From positions 63,957-127,956 of the forward strand of contig CAZUAT010000001.1 of NCBI GenBank assembly GCA_964618415.1: a stretch of DNA of 64,000 nucleotides, in the 5' to 3' direction. This document shows, piece after piece, positions 9,525-19,524 of the stretch; the stretch's first letter is position 1; each line of letters starts with the position of its first letter. The position numbers were made by a program, and so were the translations under genes. The notes beneath the pieces were generated by a model. That model had not been told where the DNA came from, made no database searches, and saw only the letters and a list, made by a program, of their open reading frames with translations. Origin of the DNA: an uncultured Thermoanaerobaculia bacterium. Lineage in GTDB: Bacteria > Acidobacteriota > Thermoanaerobaculia > Multivoradales > JAGPDF01.

Positions 9525-11773
9525 CCCGCACGCCGGCACTCCTCCTGCTGGCCGCGACGCCGACGCTGGCCAATGTCGCGCCGGATCCGCGCCCGGCGAT
9601 CCTCGAGCTGAGCCTGGCGGGCCAGCACCGCCCCGCGCTGCTGCAGCTTGCCCAGAGCCAGGAGCGCGAACCGGAGCGCGCGCGGGCGCTCGGCCTCGAC
9701 CTGCTGCGTGCCGATCTGCTCGACCGGCTGGGGCGCGAACGGGAGGCCTCCGAAGCACTGGCCCAGATGCTCGCTTCTGAGAGCGGCCTCGGGCCGTGGG
9801 CACGCCTGCGGCTGGCAACCCTGCAGGATCGCCAGGGCCATCCGGAGGTGGCGGCCGGCCTGGTCGCGCATCTGCTCTCGGCTTCGGCGCCCGACAGCCT
9901 GCGCCGGCCAGCCTTGGCGCTGCTCGGCAGCAGCATCGCTCAGGGCGGCGACTGCCGGCTGCTCGGCGGAGTGGCCGCCGACCGAATCCCGGCGGATCGG
10001 CGCCGCGCCTGGACGCTGCTGCAGGCGCAGTGTCTCCTCCGCCAGGGCGACCTGCCGACCGCAGCCCGGATGCTGCGCGAGCTGCTCGCCGACGACGTCC
10101 GCGACGCCCTGGCCCTCGATGCCGCCGACCTGCTGGAGGCGCACGTGGCAACCCCGCAGCCGTCGCTGCTGCGCCTGCTCGGCCTGACCGCCTTCCACCA
10201 CCGCGAGTTCGATCGCGCCCTGCGCCTGCTCCCGGTGACCGCCGGGCAGGCTCGCCTCACTCCCCAATTGGGCGAAGTGGCGTACGCGCGGGCGCGGTCG
10301 CTGTACTGGCTCGGCAAGTACGAGCTGGCGGCCGAGGCGTTCGACGAGCTCGCCGCCCGGGCGCCGACGGTGGCGCTTGCCGCGGACGCGCTTTGCCAGG
10401 CGGGCCGGTCGTTCGAACTGGCCGGCCGCGGCGCCGATGCACTGGCGCGCTTTCGCGCCGCGTGGGAACGCGAACCGGACGGCAGCTGGGCGCCGTCCGC
10501 TCTTTCCGGAGCGCTTCGTCTCGAGGCCGCGTTCGGCAACCGCGACGCGGCGCGCACGCTTCTCGGCGTACTGACCCGAACGCCCGGGGCGAGCAGCGCC
10601 ACCGCCCGCGCCGCGCTGTTCCTGGCGGTCGGCGAACTGGAGCGGTCTCGCACCCAAGGAGTGGCGGCGCTGCTGCTGACCGCGCAACGGACCGGCGCCG
10701 CCGAGCGCGAAGAACTGGCCTACTGGCGCGGCCGCCTGGCCGAGCTGGAGAGCAACCACGAGATCGCTGTCGCGCACTACCTCGACGCCCAACGCCGACG
10801 CCCGTATCACCCGCTCGCGGTAGCGGCGCGCCGTCGACTCGCTCGCGCGGGCCTGGCCGAAGCGGCCCGCCGGCTGGGCGAGGCAGCCGCCGGACGGGCA
10901 GAGCTCGCGAGTCGACGGGATGCCGTGCTGCTGCTCGGCGAAGCCGATCCGCTGGGTCAGCAGGCGCGGCTGGCCGCCCTCGCCGAGTTGAGCAGCCGTC
11001 GCGCGACGGCGGTCTGGATCGACTGGCAACCGGTACCGGTGGCGGACTGGCCGCTGTGGACAGCACCGGCCAGCCGGCCCGAGGACCTGCTGGCGGGACT
11101 CGGCTTGCTCGCCGAGGCGGGCGACACCACGGTGAGCCGATTCCCGGCCAGCGACCTCCGCCTCGCTTTCACCGGTGCGCAGGCGCTCGCGGCCGACGAG
11201 CGGTCGATCCGGCGCGCCCTGGCGCGGGCCGAATCGCTGTTCGAGCGCCGCCCAGCCGACCTCCCGTTCGACTGGATCGATCCGCAACTGCGGCGGCTGC
11301 TCTATCCGTTTCCCTGGGCACGCGCGATCCGCGCCCAGGCCGAGGCATTCCGCACCGATCCGGCGCTGCTTGCTGCGATCCTGCGCGAGGAGAGCCGATT
11401 CGATCCCGAGGCGCTCTCGCCCGCTGCCGCTCGCGGCCTGGCACAGTTCACCCTGCCGACGGCTCAGCGGCTGGCGCAGCAGACCCGACTCGCGCCGGAT
11501 CTGACCGCCCGCCAGCTCCACGACCCGGCCATCGCCATCCCCCTGGCGGCCGCCTACCTGGCCGAACTCGACCGCCGCTTCCCGCGTTCGCGCCCGGTCG
11601 CGGTCGCCGCCTACAACGCCGGCGAAGACCAAGCCGCGCTCTGGCGGCGATACTGCGTCACGGGGGAACCAGAGGAGTTCCTGGCCCGGATCGGCTACGC
11701 GGAGACGAAGGCCTATGTCGTGCGGGTGCTGGAGAGTCGCGAGATCTACCGCGCCCTCTACGGCTCCCCCTGA
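9521..11773 (+). CDS. Soluble lytic murein transglycosylase (Slt70-like)
   Basis: ATG 9521 overlaps the HIT stop. Signal peptide MTRTPALLLLAATPTLA. Long Ala/Leu-rich helical region. C-terminal SLT domain (ILREESRFDPEALSPAAARGLAQF...AAYNAGE). Confidence 0.88.
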   Translation: MTRTPALLLLAATPTLANVAPDPRPAILELSLAGQHRPALLQLAQSQEREPERARALGLDLLRADLLDRLGREREASEALAQMLASESGLGPWARLRLATLQDRQGHPEVAAGLVAHLLSASAPDSLRRPALALLGSSIAQGGDCRLLGGVAADRIPADRRRAWTLLQAQCLLRQGDLPTAARMLRELLADDVRDALALDAADLLEAHVATPQPSLLRLLGLTAFHHREFDRALRLLPVTAGQARLTPQLGEVAYARARSLYWLGKYELAAEAFDELAARAPTVALAADALCQAGRSFELAGRGADALARFRAAWEREPDGSWAPSALSGALRLEAAFGNRDAARTLLGVLTRTPGASSATARAALFLAVGELERSRTQGVAALLLTAQRTGAAEREELAYWRGRLAELESNHEIAVAHYLDAQRRRPYHPLAVAARRRLARAGLAEAARRLGEAAAGRAELASRRDAVLLLGEADPLGQQARLAALAELSSRRATAVWIDWQPVPVADWPLWTAPASRPEDLLAGLGLLAEAGDTTVSRFPASDLRLAFTGAQALAADERSIRRALARAESLFERRPADLPFDWIDPQLRRLLYPFPWARAIRAQAEAFRTDPALLAAILREESRFDPEALSPAAARGLAQFTLPTAQRLAQQTRLAPDLTARQLHDPAIAIPLAAAYLAELDRRFPRSRPVAVAAYNAGEDQAALWRRYCVTGEPEEFLARIGYAETKAYVVRVLESREIYRALYGSP

Positions 11774-11868
11774 CTGCTCGGGCCTCGGCCCGCTGCGCGG
11801 GCCCGGCAGTCGGGTACTCCACCAGAGCAGGGTGGGCGCAAAAGCGCCGTAATGATGCGCCGGTGCGC

Positions 11869-11897
11869 TTGTGGCGACTTCTCCGTTCGTTTAACCT
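11869..11897 (+). promoter_or_regulatory. Weak candidate promoter for ogt (TTGTGG-N17-TAACCT)
   Basis: The -10-like TAACCT ends 9 nt before ATG 11907. No SD in between, so it would give a near-leaderless mRNA. Confidence 0.25.
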
Positions 11898-11906
11898 AGC
11901 CGCGCC

Positions 11907-12461
11907 ATGCCCGCCCAAGACCCGGTCTCCGGGGAGGCAATCGCGGCCACGCCTGTCGAGGCGATCCGCGTGGCGGTGCCATCGCTGATCGGCACGCTGG
12001 GAGTCGAGTTCACCGGGGCGACGATCAGCCGCGTCGTGATCGCCCCCGCCGGCCGGGTTCGCAAGCTCTACTACCCGCTGGCCGATTACGAAGACTCGGA
12101 GTTTCTCGACGAGGTGTTCGGCCGGCTGTCGGAGTACCTGGCCGGGGCGCGCCGCACCCTCGACCTGGAGCACGACCTGGGGCCGTCCGGGCTCGACTCG
12201 TTTGCCCGGCGTGTGCTGCGGGAGACGGCGCGAACCGGCTACGCCAAGACGCGGACATACAAAGAGATTGCAGACGCCGCGGGCCGTCCAGAGGCGTACC
12301 GCCAGGTGGTTTCGATCCTCGAGAAGAACCCCCTGCCGCTGATCATCCCGTGCCACCGCATCCTGCCCTCACGTCAGGGCATCGGCGGCTACGTCGGCGG
12401 CGCTGCCCGCAAGCGCTGGTTGCTGCGCCTGGAAAAGGACAGCGCCGCCGCGCTGGTCTGA
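11907..12461 (+). CDS. ogt: Methylated-DNA--protein-cysteine methyltransferase
   Basis: 184 aa. Active site IIPCHRILPS. Helix-turn-wing YKEIADAAGRPEAYRQV. Confidence 0.9.
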   Translation: MPAQDPVSGEAIAATPVEAIRVAVPSLIGTLGVEFTGATISRVVIAPAGRVRKLYYPLADYEDSEFLDEVFGRLSEYLAGARRTLDLEHDLGPSGLDSFARRVLRETARTGYAKTRTYKEIADAAGRPEAYRQVVSILEKNPLPLIIPCHRILPSRQGIGGYVGGAARKRWLLRLEKDSAAALV

Positions 12462-12467
12462 CCCGCT

Positions 12468-13331
12468 TCAGTCGTCGGCCGGCTCGAGATCGAAATCGGC
12501 CGCCGTCTCGCGACCCGATTCGATATCGATCCGCCGCGACTCGGGCTGATGCCCGGGCCGCACGACCTCGATCCGGTGTTCACCGGGATCGACCAGCAGG
12601 CCGTTGCGCAGGGAGCTGAGCTCCCGCCCGGTGCCCACGAATCGCCCGTCGAGGTAGATGGAAGCGTCGTCGGGGGTGACGCGCAGCAGCAGACGGCCCG
12701 GATCGGCGCGGGCGTCGAGCGCTGCCGGCGCCTCGGGCTCTTCGTAACGCTGCTCTTCCCACGCAACCGCCGGCTCCTCGGCCTGGCGTCGCTCGACCGC
12801 CTCCCGCTGCTCGCGCTCGGCGCGGATACGCGCGTCGCGGCGCTCGTGCGTGCGCGGACCCAAGGCCGTGGGGTGGATCGCCTCGCCCTTCTCCATCCTG
12901 TCCTCGACGTCGATCACCAGACCGGGGTAGATCGTGTACTGCCGGGCCAGCGTCTTGTGGCCGGGCAGGTAAAACACCACGTCGTAGGTGCCCTTCTCGA
13001 GCCACAGGAAGTTGGGATAACCGTCGAAGTTGTCCGCCACGCCGACCTGCTTGCCGTCCACCCAGACTTCCGCTCGCTCCGGACTGATGTCGGTATCGAG
13101 CGCACCCAGGTTGCCGTAAGCGGCATTGGGATAGACGCGGGGGTAGCCGCCGTAGCCGTACTGAGGACCGCTGTACCAGCTCGGTCCCCACCAGCCCCAG
13201 CCAGGGCCCCAGTAGAGTCGAACCGACGGCCGGACGTACACCCGCCCACCGGCCTCGACGGGAACGGCCAGACTCGTTCCGGCGACGATCGCCACGAGCG
13301 CGGCCAAGGCAAAGTAACGCGAGATCTTCAC
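12468..13331 (-). CDS. Exported PEGA-domain protein with Gly/Trp/Tyr-rich N-terminal segment
   Basis: GTG 13331 with AAGGAG upstream. GTGA overlap with the upstream GT2 stop. Signal peptide KISRYFALAALVAIVAG. WGPGWGWWGPSWYSGPQYGYGGYP segment. Two PEGA-like repeats (AEVWVDGKQVG, ASIYLDGRFVG). The track's 672-aa ORF is an out-of-frame extension. Confidence 0.85.
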   Translation of the reverse strand: MKISRYFALAALVAIVAGTSLAVPVEAGGRVYVRPSVRLYWGPGWGWWGPSWYSGPQYGYGGYPRVYPNAAYGNLGALDTDISPERAEVWVDGKQVGVADNFDGYPNFLWLEKGTYDVVFYLPGHKTLARQYTIYPGLVIDVEDRMEKGEAIHPTALGPRTHERRDARIRAEREQREAVERRQAEEPAVAWEEQRYEEPEAPAALDARADPGRLLLRVTPDDASIYLDGRFVGTGRELSSLRNGLLVDPGEHRIEVVRPGHQPESRRIDIESGRETAADFDLEPADD

Positions 13332-14278
13332 GAGATGTCTCCTTTGTCGACTACCAACTCCCGCCAGCCGCGTCGCAGGCCCCGGATGTAATGGTACCGG
13401 AGTGACTCGTTCCACAGCTGCGGGAACCTCACTGGCAGGAACTGCAAAGCCCGGACCATAGCCTCCCGAACCCGCTGCCGCCACGCGGGCGGCAGCTCGG
13501 GAGGGCCGTCGGGTCCGACGCCCACGAAGCCGGCCAGCTCCGGGTGGCGCAGCGCGAACACTACCCCGCAGTAGCCGGCGCGCTCCTGTCGCGTGGCGAA
13601 CCGGTCGAACGTCGTCGGGTGATCGTGCGCCGTCCGGGCCTGCGGCGCGTACACCAGACGCATCCCGGCGCGCTGGAGTCGGTAGGCCGCCTCGATGTCC
13701 TCCCAGGCGGGGTACGGGAACGCTTCGTCGAACGGGGCGGCCAGCATCCGGTCCCGGGCCAGCGAGACATTCGAGGTATAGAAGAAGTTGAATGGCACGT
13801 CGCCCGGTCGATCGATCAGCGCGTAGCCGAACTGCAGTCCCTGCTCGTTGAGGTGATCGAGAAACGGCGTCCGGCGCACCCGCCGGTGCCATCCGGTATA
13901 GCCCACTACGGCGATCTCGTCCCCGCCGCCGTAATGCGCATGTGCGGCGGCATGGGCTGCGAGCCAGTCCGGCTCCGGGACGGTGTCGTCGCCGAGGAAG
14001 GCGATCCGCGCGCCTCGGGCTGCCGCCACCCCCCGGTTGCGGGCGGCCGCCGGCCCGCGCTGCGCCTCGAGCACGGCCTGCAGCGGGCGGTTCCCGCGCC
14101 AGGTCCGCAGCAGTTCGGGGGAGCCGTCCGTGGAGCCGTCGTCCACGACGACGATCTCGAAACTCGGAGCCCCCCGCTGCGCATCGAGCGCGGCGAGAAC
14201 CTCCGCCAGGACCGCTCGCCGGTTGTGCGACGGAATGACGACCGAGTAGTCGAGCGGACCCGGCGCCGAGGCGATCAT
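13328..14278 (-). CDS. Glycosyltransferase family 2
   Basis: Start ATG 14278 (ATGA overlap with the upstream gene). YSVVIPSHNRRAVL and IVVVDDGSTDGS motifs. Confidence 0.88.
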   Translation of the reverse strand: MIASAPGPLDYSVVIPSHNRRAVLAEVLAALDAQRGAPSFEIVVVDDGSTDGSPELLRTWRGNRPLQAVLEAQRGPAAARNRGVAAARGARIAFLGDDTVPEPDWLAAHAAAHAHYGGGDEIAVVGYTGWHRRVRRTPFLDHLNEQGLQFGYALIDRPGDVPFNFFYTSNVSLARDRMLAAPFDEAFPYPAWEDIEAAYRLQRAGMRLVYAPQARTAHDHPTTFDRFATRQERAGYCGVVFALRHPELAGFVGVGPDGPPELPPAWRQRVREAMVRALQFLPVRFPQLWNESLRYHYIRGLRRGWRELVVDKGDIS

Positions 14279-15477
14279 TCGACGGCCACCAGATCGGAGA
14301 GGCGGGCATGCCGGCACTCGAGCCCACGGGGCAGCCAGGCACGAAACGCCGGGCTGGCGAACAGCTCCTCGTCGCCAGGGTAGGTGGGCACGATCCAGAG
14401 CGGGAACTGGCGCAGGATCTCGCCGTCGCTGCGCTGCCGACGCGACACCAGCTGCGTCCGCTCTCGGGCAATTCGGTCGAGATCATCGAAGAAAGCCGTC
14501 AGGCCGCCGAACTGGGCGACCGCCTGGGGATGACTGAGGTGCACCTCGTGCCCGCCGGCCCGGCGGCCAGCGACCCGGTCCGCCAGGCGCCGCAGATGCC
14601 CCGCCAGCCGCGTGCGCCGACCCGCCGGCCCCGGAGGCGGCCAAGGGATGCGACCCGCCGCGGCGAGGCGGGACGCGAACGTCAGCAGGACGGCCGGGAC
14701 GAGCTGCTCCCAGAGCCCGGGCTCGAGGTTCTTCACCACCGTCGCCAGCGCGTTGCGCTCGAACAGCGCACCGCGACGGGTGTCGCCGAGCCGGACACTG
14801 GTGGCGCTCTGTCGATGCCGCGCACGAGCTGCCGGACAGGCCAGCAGCCTCTTGCCGCCCGCCCACAGACGCCAGCCGAGATCGACATCCTCAAAGTACG
14901 CGAAGTAACCCGCATCGAACCCACCGGCTTCGAGGAAGGCCCGGCGCGAGATCCAGAGATTGCCGCCGCAGGCAAAAAAGACCTCCGCGCCGGGGGCGGG
15001 CAGTCGGGCAGCTGCGAGCGAACGGCCCTGGTCGATACCGAAGGCGTGCCCGTCGAAGGTCACGATGCCGCTGCCGAAGTCGAGGCATCGGCCCTCCCAG
15101 TCGGTCAGCACGCCCGCGAGACCGGCAACGTCTGGCGGCGCCTCACGCCACATCCTCGCGTACTGCGCCACCAGGTCCGGCTCGGCCCGCATGTCGTTGT
15201 TGAGCAGCAGCAGCACATCACCCCTGGCCTCGGCCGCGAGCAGGTTGTTGCCGCCGGCAAAGCCAAGGTTGTCCTGGCGCGCGATCGCGCGGACGCGCGG
15301 GTGGCGCTCGGCCAGCCACGCGGCAGTCCCGTCGGACGAACCGTTGTCGAGCACCAGCAGTTCGAGCTCGAGTCCGGGAACCGGGTCCTGACGCTCGAGC
15401 GAAGGCAGCAGCTGCTCGAGGTGCTCGCGCCCGTTCCACGACACGATCAGGACGGAAACGACCAGCGGCGCGCTCAT
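14275..15477 (-). CDS. Glycosyltransferase family 2 (rhamnosyltransferase-like)
   Basis: ATG 15477, 4 nt after the upstream stop (alternative GTG 15495). VSVLIVSWNGREHL and LLVLDNGSSDGT motifs. Confidence 0.87.
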   Translation of the reverse strand: MSAPLVVSVLIVSWNGREHLEQLLPSLERQDPVPGLELELLVLDNGSSDGTAAWLAERHPRVRAIARQDNLGFAGGNNLLAAEARGDVLLLLNNDMRAEPDLVAQYARMWREAPPDVAGLAGVLTDWEGRCLDFGSGIVTFDGHAFGIDQGRSLAAARLPAPGAEVFFACGGNLWISRRAFLEAGGFDAGYFAYFEDVDLGWRLWAGGKRLLACPAARARHRQSATSVRLGDTRRGALFERNALATVVKNLEPGLWEQLVPAVLLTFASRLAAAGRIPWPPPGPAGRRTRLAGHLRRLADRVAGRRAGGHEVHLSHPQAVAQFGGLTAFFDDLDRIARERTQLVSRRQRSDGEILRQFPLWIVPTYPGDEELFASPAFRAWLPRGLECRHARLSDLVAVE

Positions 15478-15481
15478 CGCT

Positions 15482-16747
15482 TCAGCGCCGTCCACCGAGC
15501 CGCCGACCCAGCCAGCGCCGCAGACGAAACGCCCACGGATCCGGCGGTGTGCGGGCCGCCCCCTGCAGACCGAATCTCTCTTTCGAGGGATCGACCCGCG
15601 GGGCCTTCAGGAACGCCACCAGCGGCTCGAGGACACGCTCCCAGGCAAACTGCTCCGCGACCTGGCGCCCGTTCGCGATGCGACGTGCGACGGGATCCCC
15701 GCCGGCGAGGACTGCGCGCAGGGCCGCCGCCAGTTCGTCCGGCGCTCCGGGGCTGACTACCCAGCCCGCCTCCTGAGTCTGCAACAGACGAGCGACGGTG
15801 CCTCCGGCAGTCGACACGCATGGACAACCGATCGCGAGCGCATCGAGGAAGCGCGTGCGCATCGCCAGGTCGGTCTCCAGGCCGGGGCGATGGGTGGCGA
15901 CGAGTGCGTCGACGTCGGCGAGCAAATCGTGGCGTCGCGCGGCCGGGACCCAGTCGATCGGCCGCACCCTCTCGCCCCACCAGCCGCGCGTGCGACACCA
16001 GGCTTCCACTTCAGCGAACAGCCGCTGCGGCGTCGCATCCGGATTCGGGTTGCGCACGACGAGCAGGACCACGTCTGGATCGTCCAGTCGTTCGAGCGCC
16101 GCCAGCACGACCCACGGGTCATACCAGTCATAGAGACCCCCGAACAGCAGCCGCCGCTCGCCCGGGCGCCGCTCGGGCAGCAGCGGCGACTGACCGCCAG
16201 CGTGCAGGTCGATCCCGAACGGGACGATTCCGATCAACCCGGCAGCCTCAGGATCTGCCGCGAGCAGCTCCGGATGGACCCTGCCGAGAGCGGTGAGAAA
16301 ACCTAGATAGTAGAGCCGCTGCTCAGCGGACGAGCAGAGAAAATAGTCGCCGCGCGAAAGCTGCAGCCACCATGTGGCGTGGTCGTTGCGATAGGGATCG
16401 AGTCCCAGTTCGGCGGCGTAATGCAGGTTCTCCACCAGCCATGGATCGTAGAGGTCGATGACTGCGGGCAGGCGCGGCATCTCGACGAGGACATCGTTGG
16501 CGTGCTGCCCCTGCGCAATGACGACATCACAGTCTGCGAGCTGGGCGGCCAGCGCTCCGCGACGCAAAGTATCGACCACGACTCCGTCGAGACCACACGC
16601 CGCAGCCGCTTCCGGCAACCCGGGAGAAAGCAGCCGCACCTCGAAGCCGGCCGCCGGCAGCCGCCGCGCGAACTCGAGGTACCGCACTCCGATGCCGCCC
16701 ATCGACGGACGGATCGCCTCGCTGGAGACCAGCGCGACTTGTGTCAC
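15482..16747 (-). CDS. Glycosyltransferase family 1/4 (GT-B fold)
   Basis: GTG 16747 (GTGA overlap). Begins VTQVALVSSEAIRPSMGGIGVRYLEFARRL. C-terminal GLETDLAMRTRFLDALAIGCPCVST block. The track start 17068 is an extension into the upstream gene. Confidence 0.85.
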   Translation of the reverse strand: MTQVALVSSEAIRPSMGGIGVRYLEFARRLPAAGFEVRLLSPGLPEAAAACGLDGVVVDTLRRGALAAQLADCDVVIAQGQHANDVLVEMPRLPAVIDLYDPWLVENLHYAAELGLDPYRNDHATWWLQLSRGDYFLCSSAEQRLYYLGFLTALGRVHPELLAADPEAAGLIGIVPFGIDLHAGGQSPLLPERRPGERRLLFGGLYDWYDPWVVLAALERLDDPDVVLLVVRNPNPDATPQRLFAEVEAWCRTRGWWGERVRPIDWVPAARRHDLLADVDALVATHRPGLETDLAMRTRFLDALAIGCPCVSTAGGTVARLLQTQEAGWVVSPGAPDELAAALRAVLAGGDPVARRIANGRQVAEQFAWERVLEPLVAFLKAPRVDPSKERFGLQGAARTPPDPWAFRLRRWLGRRLGGRR

Positions 16748-17487
16748 GAGCGTTCCTCGTGCAGCGCGCCCGGTTGCGGCTCGCGGCGATGCCGCCAGCG
16801 GAAACGGACCAGATCGAGCGCCATCCGCGCCGAATCCCGCAGCAAGTGCACTCTGGAGGCGGGATCGTTGCGCCACACCACCCCCACATCGACCACCCGG
16901 TGCCCACGGCGCCTGGCCAGCCAGATCAGCTCGACGTCCCACGCGAAGCGATCGACGGTGAGGTCGCGGACCAGCGCGCGCGCGACCTCGCCGTCGATCA
17001 GCTTGAAGCCGCACTGGGTGTCGGAGAGCCCGCGCACCCCTCCGAGACGCACCAGAAGATTGAAGCATCGACCCGCCATCGTGCGATACCAGGCCTGTGG
17101 CACCTCGACTCGGGACGCGATGTTAGAACGGCTGCCGATCACGACCGCCGCCTCTGGAGCCGCTCGTTCGAGTGTCTCGAGCTCCTCGATCGGAGTGGAC
17201 AGATCCGCGTCGGTGATCAGCACACGGGGCGCGCGGCTGGCCAGGATGCCGGCGCGCACGGCCGCGCCCTTGCCCTGGTTGCGCGGCAGCGCCAGGAGGC
17301 GGACCTGCTCGCCCGGAAACGCTCGCGCGACCTCCGCGGTGCCGTCCGTACTGCCATCGTCGACGACCAGGATCTCGGCTGCCAGGCCTCGTTGACGCAC
17401 GTAGGCGCAGACTCTCTCCAGAGTGCGCGCGAGGCGGGACTCCTCGTTGAACGCGGGGATGACGACGGTCAGGTCCAGCGGGCTCAT
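16744..17487 (-). CDS. Polyprenyl-phosphate glycosyltransferase-like GT2 (DPM1/GtrB/ArnC type)
   Basis: 247 aa. LTVVIPAFNEESRL and ILVVDDGSTDGT motifs. No C-terminal TM helices. Confidence 0.85.
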   Translation of the reverse strand: MSPLDLTVVIPAFNEESRLARTLERVCAYVRQRGLAAEILVVDDGSTDGTAEVARAFPGEQVRLLALPRNQGKGAAVRAGILASRAPRVLITDADLSTPIEELETLERAAPEAAVVIGSRSNIASRVEVPQAWYRTMAGRCFNLLVRLGGVRGLSDTQCGFKLIDGEVARALVRDLTVDRFAWDVELIWLARRRGHRVVDVGVVWRNDPASRVHLLRDSARMALDLVRFRWRHRREPQPGALHEERS

Positions 17488-17497
17488 GGGCGACCGT

Positions 17498-18739
17498 TCA
17501 CGAGAGGTCGGACTTCGACAGGTCGACCACCCGGTGACCGACGCCGATCGGACCCGGATCCCAATGCGATGCCTCCATGCGCAGGCCTTCCACGAGTTCG
17601 CGCTGGTCGTGAATCACCAGCCCCCGTTCGTCCTGCAGCTGCACGGTCAGGCGAAAACTTCCCTTCTGATACGGCAGGTGGGGCACGACGATGGCGACTC
17701 GATACTGCTGTGCGCCGACGAACGGTTCGCATCCGCACATCCGGTTGCCCAGAGCCGAGATGACTGTGTCGTCCTCGTCGCGCACCAGCAAGCCCACACT
17801 GACCGGCCGGTCCGGGTCGTCGACCCGGAAGTCGATCTCGATGCGCATCGGGTCCCACGGCCGGAAGACGCCGACCTCGCTGCCGCCAACCAGCCGGGCG
17901 GCGAGGATGGTGGCCAGACCCGGGCGATCCTCCTCGGGCGCCGAGTCCCGGTCCGGCGGCGCCGCGGGTGCGGCCACCGCCGTCGAGCTGCCCGCGCGCT
18001 GCTTCGCGTCGAGGAAACGTTCGTACTCGGTGATCACGTCGATCGTGGGTCCCAGCGCCTCGACCCTGCCACCGCGAAGCCAGAGTGTCCGATCACAGAA
18101 CGAACTGATCAGGTAGAGCGCGTGGGAGCAGAACAGCAGGGTGCCGCCGTTCTCGACGAACGCGACCATCCGATCCATGCTCTTCTTCTGAAAGTAGCCG
18201 TCTCCCACGGACAGCGCTTCGTCGACGATCAGCAGGTCGGGGCTGACCTGGGTGGCAATCGAGAAGCCGAGCCGCACCGCCATGCCGCTGGAGTATTCGC
18301 GGACCGGCCGATCGATGAACTCTCCGATCTCGCTCCATTCGATGATCTCGGCCTCACGTGCATCGATCTCCTGCTGGTCGAGGCCCAGCAGCGCAGCGTT
18401 CAACCGGATGTTCTGGCGCCCCGAGAAGTCGGGATGGAACCCCGCGCCCAGTTCCAGGATCGCCGCGGCCCGCCCGCGGACCTCCAGCGTGCCGGAACTC
18501 GGCCGGGTGACCCCGGCCAGCAGCTTGAGCAGCGTGCTCTTGCCCGCGCCGTTCTCTCCCACGATCGCCAGCCCTTCGCCTCGGTGCTGCTCGAAGGAGA
18601 CGCCCGACAACGCCTGAAACGTCCGGTGCCGGGCGCGCCCGGTGAGCCACTCGGCGATCCGCGCTCCGGGCCCCGGGTAGAGGCGATACTCCTTGCCGAG
18701 GTCGCGAGCGCGGACGACTGAGGAGGAGTCCGGGCTCAC
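17498..18739 (-). CDS. wzt: Polysaccharide ABC exporter ATP-binding protein with C-terminal Wzt_C-like carbohydrate-binding domain
   Basis: GTG 18739 (GTGA overlap with the wzm stop). Walker A GENGAGKSTLLK. Signature YSSGMAVRLGF. About 170-aa beta-rich C-terminal extension. Confidence 0.88.
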   Translation of the reverse strand: MSPDSSSVVRARDLGKEYRLYPGPGARIAEWLTGRARHRTFQALSGVSFEQHRGEGLAIVGENGAGKSTLLKLLAGVTRPSSGTLEVRGRAAAILELGAGFHPDFSGRQNIRLNAALLGLDQQEIDAREAEIIEWSEIGEFIDRPVREYSSGMAVRLGFSIATQVSPDLLIVDEALSVGDGYFQKKSMDRMVAFVENGGTLLFCSHALYLISSFCDRTLWLRGGRVEALGPTIDVITEYERFLDAKQRAGSSTAVAAPAAPPDRDSAPEEDRPGLATILAARLVGGSEVGVFRPWDPMRIEIDFRVDDPDRPVSVGLLVRDEDDTVISALGNRMCGCEPFVGAQQYRVAIVVPHLPYQKGSFRLTVQLQDERGLVIHDQRELVEGLRMEASHWDPGPIGVGHRVVDLSKSDLS

Positions 18740-19524
18740 AACTCGTCCGAAAACCCGGCTGAGAGTCGCCGGAAGATTCCGTACCCGCCCGCGAGCAGCA
18801 GACCTCCCACCAGCAGCATCACGGCGACGGACGTTGCCTTCGGCGGATCCCCGGAGATCAGGACCGTTCGGAACAGGCGCACCATCGTCGCCAGCGGACT
18901 GTACTCCAGCCAGCCCGCGAGGGCCCGCGGCGCGCGCTCCGAGTCGAGTACGAATCGCTCCGTATAGACGATCGGTGTGAGGTAGAAGAGCGCCGAGAGC
19001 ACGAGATTGATGCCCTGCACGATGTCGCGCAGGTAGACCTGCAGCGCCGCAACGCCCAGCGAGAGACCGGTCGTCATCAGCAGCTGGCCGGCGAGCCCCA
19101 GCGTCAGCCATGGCAGGCGCGTCAGATCGAGCTCGCCCCGCACACCTTGCAGAACACCGAACATCACGAGCGCCACGGCGGCGTGGATCACCGCCGATAC
19201 GACTACCGAGTAGACCAGCAGCTCGCTGGGAAACCGCATCTTCTTGACCAGCTGCGCATTGTCGGCGATTACGGTGGCGCTGCGGGTCACCCCCTCCTGC
19301 AGCGCCGCCCAAGGCAGCAGACCGGCGAACAGGAACGCCGCAAACGAGTTGGTGTGCTCGCCCGTGAGGGGGATGCGCAGGATGACCGAGAACACCAGGC
19401 TGAGCAGAATCATCTGCCAGACCGGGTGCACGAAGGCCCAGATGAATCCAAATGCCGATCCGGCGTATCGCCCGCGCAAGTCGCGCGCCACCAGCTCGCG
19501 CAGCAGGAACCGGGAGTGGGTCAC
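18736..19524 (-). CDS. wzm: ABC-2 type polysaccharide exporter permease
   Basis: GTG 19524 (GTGA overlap). 262 aa. LLRELVARDLRGRYAGSAFGFIWAFVHP followed by 6 hydrophobic helices. Confidence 0.88.
   Translation of the reverse strand: MTHSRFLLRELVARDLRGRYAGSAFGFIWAFVHPVWQMILLSLVFSVILRIPLTGEHTNSFAAFLFAGLLPWAALQEGVTRSATVIADNAQLVKKMRFPSELLVYSVVVSAVIHAAVALVMFGVLQGVRGELDLTRLPWLTLGLAGQLLMTTGLSLGVAALQVYLRDIVQGINLVLSALFYLTPIVYTERFVLDSERAPRALAGWLEYSPLATMVRLFRTVLISGDPPKATSVAVMLLVGGLLLAGGYGIFRRLSAGFSDEL

Noticed and set aside
6577-9936. Very long antisense ORFs. Examples: 6577..9936 (-) 1119 aa, 9470..11632 (-), 26418..28106 (-), 31901..33571 (+), 35796..37127 (+), 38012..39628 (+), 40621..42789 (+), 57174..59810 (-).
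   Set aside because: Their translations are Arg/Pro/Ala/Gly-rich low-complexity strings with no motifs. They lie opposite genes with unambiguous conserved motifs. This is the typical stop-codon-poor shadow frame of GC-rich DNA.
12468-14486. Composite long ORFs in the track treated as single genes: 12468..14486 (672 aa), 17498..19312 (604 aa), 38192..40096 (634 aa), 48355..50946 (863 aa), 34488..35783, 15482..17068 and 19521..20798.
   Set aside because: Only the C-terminal part of each has protein-like sequence. The N-terminal parts run out of frame across the upstream gene. Internal GTG/ATG starts with 4-nt GTGA/ATGA overlaps to the upstream stop give proteins of normal length.
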